Shown here in pieces: positions 23,909-32,695 of a stretch of 32,695 nucleotides of DNA. Numbering within the stretch: position 1 is the stretch's first letter; the number at the start of each line of letters is the position of its first letter. The translations under genes and the position numbers were made by a program. Location of the stretch: assembly GCA_021432655.1 (NCBI GenBank), contig MU271277.1, positions 16,035 through 48,729 of the forward strand. The letters are read 5' to 3'. This DNA comes from Atractiella rhizophila (taxonomy: Eukaryota). The notes beneath the pieces were generated by a model that had not been told where the DNA came from, did no database searches, and saw only the letters and a list, made by a program, of their open reading frames with translations.

Positions 23909-26900
23909 TCGTTTTCGAGCAGTATTGCATCTCATTCACGCTTCTCTTCACATATATCAACCACTTACTCTTCCATTTTTATTGATATGGGTTAAGCCAA
24001 ACTCTGCACAATCTCAAAGGAATGTTTTCTCCCATCCGACTGATACTGTCGCTGTCCCGTGCACCTAAACTCAACGGCGAGGGCTAGGAGCTCTGCCTTT
24101 ATCTCGCACACATAAGGTACTATGAGTATATCTATTTTATCGACTGAAATATGGTAGGAGAGAGGAGAGATTAATTTTAACTTGGGCAACCTAGAGTTCA
24201 ACGTTCAACAGTGAAGTTTGAATGAGGGACTACCATTGCAGCGCAGGTGAGGTATTCTACGATATTGAGATTACAGGTTTCCGTCCTTTCAAAGGTAAGG
24301 TGATTTGGAGTATAAGAATGTTGAGGAATTTTACAATCTGCTTACCTATGAAATGAGTGTGTACTCTGATTGGGCAGACGTCCTTCCTGAATATCATGGC
24401 AACCAGACTGCAGGCTTTCCATCGAAATTTGATATTCGATATTCAATATTCAACAATACTATTTATAAGGCAATCCTTCCGCGAGAAAACGCCTGCAACT
24501 CAGGCTTATTGGTAGAAAGACGAGTCGGATACTTTGTCTCAAACTTCCTGTAGCTTTTAGTTCACTTCGAGTTACCTCACCCCAAAAGTGACGGGTTTCT
24601 CTTTTCTCTTTCCGCATATTGATGGCACAAAGCAACTCGGTTGCTTAGATTACTGAAAAAAAACCCAATAGTTGTGAAGTGGACGGCGTGCTATGTCGGT
24701 ACATTGCTTGACAGATGACGACATAACATGCTCCGAGTCTGTGAAAACGGTGGAAGGGGGGGATAGACATGGATTGATTGTTGTAACCGCTACTACTACC
24801 AAATACAGGAAGTGCAGAGAGAAAAGTTTGTCACTGTATGGTTATTACGGTTGAACGGGAAAGCTCTGCAGCCCTTCGCTGTTGAATAAAAGGTGCCCAT
24901 ATTGCTGGCAAACAGAGGGCTCAAAATAATTCTCAATAGCAATTATGATGTTGTCATAATGGGACTCGGATCTGGTATCTCTGAGATCTTGTACCTATTG
25001 ATGGAATCAAAATGCAGATTATGACTATGAATACTTAGTGTAAATGCTCATATTAAGATGAAATCTCATGAGGTTGGACAACATCTACGCGAGATCGCAA
25101 GCGTCGCTGGAGATCCTTTACGCTCACGCTGGTGTCGGTGACACTCAGTAACTAGTTTTTGCGAGCGAAGAATAACGAGGGTAATGGACGCACAAAGACT
25201 CACTTCAGCGCCTAGGTTGGCCTTTCGATCAAAAGGTCTCTATTTTGCACATCCTCATCCACGCCTGTTCAAAATCAAGCAAGTGCCGCCATTTCCGACC
25301 GCCACACCGAGTTCAACTCCTCCATTGTGTTGAGTGTTGAAACGATCCATCAGTGCCTCACAATTCTCTCTCAACTCACACACAGTCCCAATGTCGCACT
25401 CTGGCCCTGCCCTCCTGCACAAGAAGCAGCGACCCCGTTCCTCCTCCTTCTCCACCCCCACTTCCTCATCCAGCAACCTCTCCACCCTCCCCTCCTCCGC
25501 CTCCACCCTCTCCTCCATCTCCAACGCATCCCTCGCCTCCACCACCACCGCACGCTCAGGCTCAGCTCTCGGATTCAGGAGGGAACGTACGGGGACGGGC
25601 GGCGGACTCGCTTCGTTGGTCGCTGCTGAAGCTGGACTCACCGGTGGTGGTTTGGCGGGATTGGGTGGACTGGGGATGGCGCAGGGAAGTAGAGAGGCGT
25701 TGGGGAGGGAAGGCGCTTGGGTTGAGGTTGGGAGAGGTGTTGGACCGCTTTTGTATGTTTTTCCTGCATGTTGATCGGAAGAAATTGGTGCCGTTCGTTG
25801 TGTTCTGCTCTCTTTTGATGTTCAAGTTATTTCACTCTGACAGTGCTTTGTTGAATTGTCTGGAAGAGAAATTTCAACTTGCGCTCATCGGTTCGTTGCC
25901 GAATGAAGAGTTTAATGTTATGCGTGAAACAGTCATGGATGGATGAACGGAGCTGGAAGTAGGACGAGGTTGAGGAGTTACACCCAGCAGGAGCAGTATG
26001 TCATTGTCTTTCGTCTACGACGGCCAGTAACAGCTGAACTCTTCCACCCATCTCGCTTTCACATCCGATCGTCCAACACCATCTAATTTTTAAGTGTGTG
26101 CGTTGAGATTTACGTAGTTTATTGACTACTTCGCCAGCCTCGCATCGCACGAGTGACTGCTGATGTTGCGTATGTCCATGCGCTCTTTCACCTCTACTTT
26201 AACTCTCGTTAGCAATGTCCCTCATAGCGCAGCCGTTACTAGAGGAACTAAAACCTGGCCGAGAGACAGAGCCCCCTTCATTCACACACATATCTTACTT
26301 CCGACGCGGCCTTACCGTTACAAGTTGACAGCACGGCGCCATAAATTTACTTTGCGTCCTTCAGCGGACAATATGTTGTTTCAATACATGTGGCCTTTAG
26401 GGATGTTTTAGAGATCTTGTTGATGTTCTAGTGGACACCACGATGGACACTAGGGGTCGCATGGCACAGCTTCAGCTGATGTCAATTGTGACTGTCTTCC
26501 GATCGGAGAGTCTTCTTCCGCTTTGCTTCAGTCCGTTGAACTAGAATGATTTCCTGCAGATAGGAAGAGACGAAATAAATCAACAGCTTCTGCAGTCGAA
26601 GGCTGAAAGCCATCTTGCGTGAGCATCCTGATTGTTCCTTCGTGGTGATCACTGTTCTTTCTTCCATACCGATGACGATGGGCTGCGATCTCTGCGTTCG
26701 CGCTATCGGTTCGAATCGGTGGACAGTGTATAATCTCCTAAGAGTTGAGTGATGATCAATATGAGATTGTCCCCCTTGAACCCCGTAGTTTGGAAGAAAC
26801 GAAGATAGTGATTCTTTTATTAAAAAACGGTTCGATTGTTACATCTGTCATGCAAACAATTCCTATATCGCCTCATTCCGAACAGGTTTAAGTTGAAGCT

Positions 26901-29900
26901 GTGAGAAGTGCAGAGCCTGATCGTTTTCGAGCAGTATTGCATCTCATTCACGCTTCTCTTCACATATATCAACCACTTACTCTTCCATTTTTATTGATAT
27001 GGGTTAAGCCAAACTCTGCACAATCTCAAAAGAATGTTTTCTCCCATCCGACTGATACTGTCGCTGTCCCCTGCACCTAAACTCAACGGCGAGGGCTCGG
27101 AGCTCTGCCTTTATCTCGCACACACAAAGTACCATGAGTATATCTATTTTATCGAGAGAAATATGGTAGGAGAGAGGAGAGATTAATTTTAACTTGGGCA
27201 ACCTAGAGTTCAACGTTCAACAGTGAAGTTTGAATGAGGGACTACCATTGCAGCGCAGGTGAGGTATTCTACGATGTTGAGATTACAGGTTTCCGTCCTT
27301 TCAAAGGTAAGGTGATTTGGAGTATAAGAATGTTGAGGAATTTTACAATCTGCTTACCTATGAAATGAGTGTGCACTCTGATTGGGCAGACGTCCTTCCT
27401 GAATATCATGGCAACCAGACTGCAGGCTTTACATCGAAATTTGATATTCAACATTCAATATTCAACAATAATATTTATAAAGCAATCCTTCCGCGAGAAA
27501 ACGCCTGCAACTCAGGCTTATTGGTAGAAAGACGAGTCGGATACTTTGTCTCAAACTTCCTGTAGCTTTTAGTTCACTTCGAGTTACCTCACCCCGAAAG
27601 TGACGGGTTTCTCTTTTCTCTTTCCGCATATTGATGGCACAAAGCAACTCGGTTGCTTAGATTACTGAAAAAAAACCCAATAGTTGTGAAGTGGACGGCG
27701 TGCTATGTCGGTACATTGCTTGACAGATGACGACATAACATGCTCCGAGTCTGTGAAAACGGTGGAAGGGGGGGATAGACATGGATTGATTGTTGTAACC
27801 GCTACTACTACCAAATACAGGAAGTGCAGAGAGAAAAGTTTGTCACTGTATGGTTATTACGGTTGAACGGGAAAGCTCTGCAGCCCTTCGCTGTTGAATA
27901 AAAGGTGCCCATATTGCTGGCAAACAGAGGGCTCAAAATAATTCTCAATAGCAATTATGATGTTGTCATAATGGGACTCGGATCTGGTATCTCTGAGATC
28001 TTGTACCTATTGATGGAATCAAAATGCAGATTATGACTATGAATACTTAGTGTAAATGCTCATATTAAGATGAAATCTCATGAGGTTGGACAACATCTAC
28101 GCGAGATCGCAAGCGTCGCTGGAGATCCTTTACGCTCACGCTGGTGTCGGTGACACTCAGTAACTAGTTTTTGCGAGCGAAGAATAACGAGGGTAATGGA
28201 CGCACAAAGACTCACTTCAGCGCCTAGGTTGGCCTTTCGATCAAAAGGTCTCTATTTTGCACATCCTCAACACCTCAACGTTTGCTCATCCACGCCTGTT
28301 CAAAATCAAGCAAGTGCCGCCATTTCCGACCGCCACACCGAGTTCAACTCCTCCATTGTGTTGAGTGTTGAAACGATCCATCAGTGCCTCACAATTCTCT
28401 CTCAACTCACACACAGTCCCAATGTCGCACTCTGGCCCTGCCCTCCTGCACAAGAAGCAGCGACCCCGTTCCTCCTCCTTCTCCACCCCCACTTCCTCAT
28501 CCAGCAACCTCTCCACCCTCCCCTCCTCCGCCTCCACCCTCTCCTCCATCTCCAACGCATCCCTCGCCTCCACCACCACCGCACGCTCAGGCTCAGCTCT
28601 CGGATTTAGGAGGGAACGTACGGGGACGGGCGGAGGACTCGCTTCGTTGGTCGCTGCTGAAGCTGGACTCACCGGAGGTGGTTTGGCGGGATTGGGTGGA
28701 CTGGGGATGGCGCAGGGAAGTAGAGAGGCTTTGGGGAGGGAAGGCGCTTGGGTTGAGGTAGGGAGAGGTGTGGGACCGCTTTTGTATGTTTTTCCTGCAT
28801 GTTGATCGGAAGAAATTGGTGCCGTTCGTTTTGTTCTGCTCTCTTTTGATGTTCAAGTTATTTCACTCTGACTGTGCTTTGTTGAATTGTCTGGAAGAGA
28901 AATTTCAACTTGCGCTCATCGGTTCGTTGCCGAATGAAGAGTTTAATGTTATGGGTGAAACAGTCATGGATGGATGAACGGACCTGGAAGTAGGAGGAGG
29001 TTGAGGAGTTACACACAGCAGGAGCAGTATGTCATTGCCTTTCGTCTACGACGGCCAGTAACAGCTGAACTCTTCCACCCATCTCGCTTTCACATCCGAT
29101 CGTCCAACACCATCTAATTTTTAAGTGTGTGCGTTGAGATTTACGTAGTTTATTGACTACTTCGCCAGCCTCGCATCGCACGAGTGACTGCTGATGTTGC
29201 GTATGTCCATGCGCTCTTTCACCTCTACTTTAACTCTCGTTAGCAATGTCCCTCATAGCGCAGCCGTTACTAGAGGAACTAAAACCTGGCCGAGAGACAG
29301 AGCCCCCTTCATTCACACACATATCTTACTTCCGACGCGGCCTTACCGTTACAAGTTGACAGCACGGCGCCATAAATTTACTTTGCGTCCTTCAGCGGAC
29401 AATATGTTGTTTCAATACATGTGGCCTTTAGGGATGTTTTAGAGATCTTGTTGATGTTCTAGTGGACACCACGATGGACACTAGGGGTCGCATGGCACAG
29501 CTTCAGCTGATGTCAATTGTGACTGTCTTCCGATCGGAGAGTCTTCTTCCGCTTTGCTTCAGTCCGTTGAACTAGAATGATTTCCTGCAGATAGGAAGAG
29601 ACGAAATAAATCAACAGCTTCTGCAGTCGAAGGCTGAAAGCCATCTTGCGTGAGCATCCTGATTGTTCCTTCGTGGTGATCACTGTTCTTTCTTCCATAC
29701 CGATGACGATGGGCTGCGATCTCTGCGTTCGCGCTATCGGTTCGAATCGGTGGACAGTGTATAATCTCCTAAGAGTTGAGTGATGATCAATATGAGATTG
29801 TCCCCCTTGAACCCCGTAGTTTGGAAGAAACGAAGATAGTGATTCTTTTATTAAAAAACGGTTCGATTGTTACATCTGTCATGCAAACAATTCCTATATC

Positions 29901-29950
29901 GCCTCATTCCGAACAGGTTTAAGTTGAAGCTGTGAGAAGTGCAGAGCCTG
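23909..29950. repeat. Head-to-tail direct duplication 2: copy 1 23909-26919, single A at 26920, copy 2 26921-29950
   Basis: Both copies start TCGTTTTCGAGCAGTATTGC and end GAAGTGCAGAGCCTG. They are near-identical, with clustered SNPs and a 19-nt extra segment in copy 2 near 28269. Confidence 0.97.
25391..25752 (+). other. Duplicate (probably allelic) copy of HbrB/Bit61 exon 1
   Basis: Encodes the same peptide as 28422-28783 and has the same GTATGT donor (25753), but the downstream exons occur only after copy 2. Confidence 0.75.
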
Positions 29951-32001
29951 GAGAAGCGGAAGGCTGATGTCTTTTTTCGCAACCCTTAGTTCGCACGGCC
30001 ACGTCGGACGTGCAATGATTTGGTTCGGGGTCTACGTCGATTCTCTCCGACCTTTCTGGCCTCACTGCTTACAATGCTGCATTAGCAGTGCGGGAAATTT
30101 TCACCGTAACTGAGATCTTGATATTGCGAAGGAGATAGATGATTGACCTGGCCGGAAGCCATCTCAGGTGTTGCCCATCATCTAGCCTGATGGGTTCTAA
30201 ACTTGGAGTAGTCTTCTGACCATTATTTTGTTCACGAAGCTGGTCTGAACCCCAAGCGAAGATGCAGCCACATGCAATTGGCTATCAGTATTCAGCCTTC
30301 GGCTGTTCTATGTCATGCTACAGTTGAGTATTCTAACGCAAGCCTGGGGAACAGTAAAGACGGAGGATTGAAAGGCAATGTTGAAGATTTGAACGAGCAA
30401 GTGAGGTCAGTCAATGCCCTGTAGAGCTTTCAGTCCACTGAGCACTTTCCCCCAGCCAGCACATCCGCCGACTCATGAGCGCTACACCGACACGCACTCT
30501 GCCACAAGTCCTTTCGCTCCTCAGCGCTGACGTCTTCAACCTCCTATCCCAGAACTGCGCCAAAATTCTACAACCAAAGCTTGTCTTTCCCGATACGCCA
30601 GAAGGCAACGAACGGCTACTTCAACGTCTCACTGAAGTGTGGTCTTTCTATTGGGGCAGCGTCCTGCCATACGTCGAAGGCGTCTTCCTTCCATGCCGGA
30701 CGGATGAGCGAATTCAACGCGCGCTGTCACGTTTGGTGCAGCAAAGTCAGAGCGTCACCAACCCTGCGGCAGCACAAACTGCCGCTGTGGAACTCGAAAA
30801 GGCAAACGCGGCCATGGTGGACGCTCGAAAACTGGCATTGATGGCTTTTCGGGACCAAATAATCGTGCCAATGATTCAGCGTTTGACAAACCTTTTTTCT
30901 CAAATCTACGACAGTCGTCCGGGGTCCACTAGGGAGAGCGTCCATTCGAATGGCAACTCCACTCTTCGTGGTTTCGCCATGAGTAATGCTTCGTCGACGA
31001 ACAAGTCTCCCCTGTCTTCCTCTTCTACCCTTCAACCATCAGATACCACTTCCTTGTCATCTAAGTCTTCGTCATCGAACCAACTTGGTGCTGGACCCCA
31101 GACATCCGCCGCTCAAGCAGCTCCCGCGAAACGACTTCAAATGGTCTCCATTCTATCGAGCGTTATGACAGATGACGATGCTCAAGAGAGCATGGAGGGT
31201 CTCCTCAAATGTATGCGAAGATGGAACAATAGTGAAAGCCCAAGTCGGCGAGGGAGCATGATACCCCCTACATCAAACGGGGACGTGAATGGTGGTTCGA
31301 ACTTCCTCGGTGGGAAAGGAAGAGGTGAAAGTTGGGAGAGCAGAGGAGGTTATTACACCGCTCGAGCCGCGAGTAGGCGAGGGGAATGGCCGAGGAGAAG
31401 AGCCGGAAGGGAACAAGCCGCTTCACCCACGTCGATGTCTCCCGAGAGTTCGTTGATCGTCGCAAGTCCTGAAGAGGAAATAACGCAAGAAGAGCTTATC
31501 CCGTCCCCACGCGTGGAAGCTAAAGAACTCGTCTCGGCTCAGGACTCAAATGATCAGGAGGAAGAGGAACTCAAAGATGTTGTGCCCGAACAGACAGCCC
31601 CGGTCAGGAAAGGACGGGAGCGCTCAAACACCATGTCACGACGTTGGCGGTCAGACTCAAATGCACAACGGATGTCGTATTTTGCTGAACTGGCGGGGCT
31701 TCAGACTGACCAACCGATGCCACCAAAGGAGCTGGAGACACCAGTCCAAGGAAGCAGGCGGCTAGGAGCGTCTCCACGATTGCAGGCAGTGGATAACGTC
31801 AGTTTGCGCACGAAAGGCAGTGGTGCTTCCACACCAACATTGGGAGCGTCTGAAATCAATTTACCACCTGTGGATAAGCTAGAGAGCTTGAAGGAGAAGA
31901 GAAGGAGAGGTCTTGCTGGTCTTCCAGCATCACTCGATATTGGAGAGGCTCAGAAGAAGGAACGAAGGAATGGTTTTGTGGAAGTGAAGGATATGGTGTA
32001 G
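28422..32001 (+). CDS. BIT61: HbrB-like / Bit61-PRR5 family protein (TORC2 accessory subunit), 3 exons
   Basis: Exons 28422-28783, 30355-30405 and 30456-32001. The splice gives AWVEVGRGVGPLF|KDGGLKGNVEDLNEQVS|QHIRR, followed by LLQRLTEVWSFYWGSVLPYVEGVFLP, LALMAFRDQIIVP and KRLQMVSILSSV, all typical of the HbrB domain. The C-terminus is disordered. Confidence 0.85.
28784..30354 (+). other. Bit61/HbrB intron 1, very long (1571 nt)
   Basis: Donor GTATGT at 28784; TTCTAAC branch site and AACAG acceptor ending at 30354. The phase-2 join TT|T restores the PLF-x-G-x-GL motif. Confidence 0.8.
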
Positions 32002-32695
32002 TTTATTCTTCTGCAATATGTTGTAGCACTTCTGAACCTGGTTGTCCTTGTGGTTTGCTTGCGTTGGGACCCTTTCGATGTAGGGTTGCAGAAGGACACC
32101 CTTTCTGTTTAAAGGTTTGTCACCTGACATGGCTGAACGCGTCCATCAAGATCCAACCTGACTTTGACGACCAATTCTCATCAACCCATCGACCACTTCC
32201 ACACCATCAGCTATTGGGCTGGAACTGTCTTGCGTCTTCAGCAGATCCCCGATCGATTTTCTGTCTCTTCCCCCTAAGGCACCGCAAAGTGGCACTGAAG
32301 GTGGAGATCGCCTGAAATCACAGCAGCGTGAGGCAAGCGTGGGTGGAAGACAAGCTAGGATGACACATTAAGAGCGGGGACTGGGAAGAACACCATGAAA
32401 GGATGGAAAACGGGGACAAATTCGATGTTTGACGAAGTAAGTCTTCCAAAGTTCTCGAACGGTGGTTCGCAGGGCTCGCGCGTTCTGTTTTGTTATCTTT
32501 ATCTCACGCGCATTCGACGCGCTTCTGAATTTCCCCTCTTCCTATGTTGTCCTCTGCTTACTCTTTCAGCACTCTTTGAGGCTACAAAGAGCCAGCCGTA
32601 CAGAGGGAAATCCATTATTATGGTGCAGAAAGCGCTAGTATCTTCTTTCTCACCTCTTCAGGTTCCGTTTGAGAAAAACAAAGAGGGCAATGGCT

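Noticed and set aside
25255..25946. Pro-rich (+), Glu-rich (-) and Arg/Trp-rich (-) overlapping ORFs, repeated at 28286-28761
   Set aside because: Alternative frames of the low-complexity Ser-rich Bit61 exon 1. The SNP pattern supports only the MSHSGP frame, and the Pro-rich frame gains a stop in copy 2.
28804..29535. GATCGGAAGA / TCTTCCGATC 10-bp inverted repeat, which also resembles the Illumina adapter core
   Set aside because: About one 10-bp inverted match is expected by chance in 1.5 kb. The flanks do not match the adapter and it is present in both copies.
29735..29790. GGTTCGAATC T-loop-like motif and GTGATGA C-box-like motif in the Bit61 intron
   Set aside because: No tRNA stems and no suitably spaced D box or terminal stem.
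8878..29950. The direct repeats as LTRs or transposon ends
   Set aside because: They are adjacent, contain host gene fragments, and lack TG...CA ends, target-site duplications and any transposase or RT coding sequence.
32470..32525. Cluster of CGCG/ACGCG motifs near the window end
   Set aside because: Could be MCB-like promoter elements of a gene outside the window, but cannot be supported from this sequence.

Overview
Intron-rich fungal genomic DNA, basidiomycete-like (GT-AG introns mostly about 50-60 nt, CTRAC-type branch points), with an 880-nt assembly gap at 471-1350. Eight genes can be reconstructed by hand. They are UBR1 N-end-rule E3 ligase (-), a small orphan Ser/Arg-rich protein (-), a secreted polysaccharide-lyase-like protein (+), Gemin2/SIP1 (+), a velvet-domain protein (+), CAND1/TIP120 (-), a multi-pass membrane protein (-) and an HbrB/Bit61-like TORC2 subunit (+). 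Two head-to-tail direct duplications (about 1.33 kb and 3.0 kb) each have a single non-templated A at the junction. This points to two haplotypes joined in tandem by the assembler rather than real paralogues. The most unusual biological signal is that four genes (UBR1, Gemin2, the membrane protein, Bit61) have very long first introns of 362-1571 nt. The UBR1 intron has complementary ends and an internal perfect branch point. The Gemin2 intron has stem-loops and an Sm-site-like motif. All gene models and family calls come from manual reading and motif recognition, not database searches.
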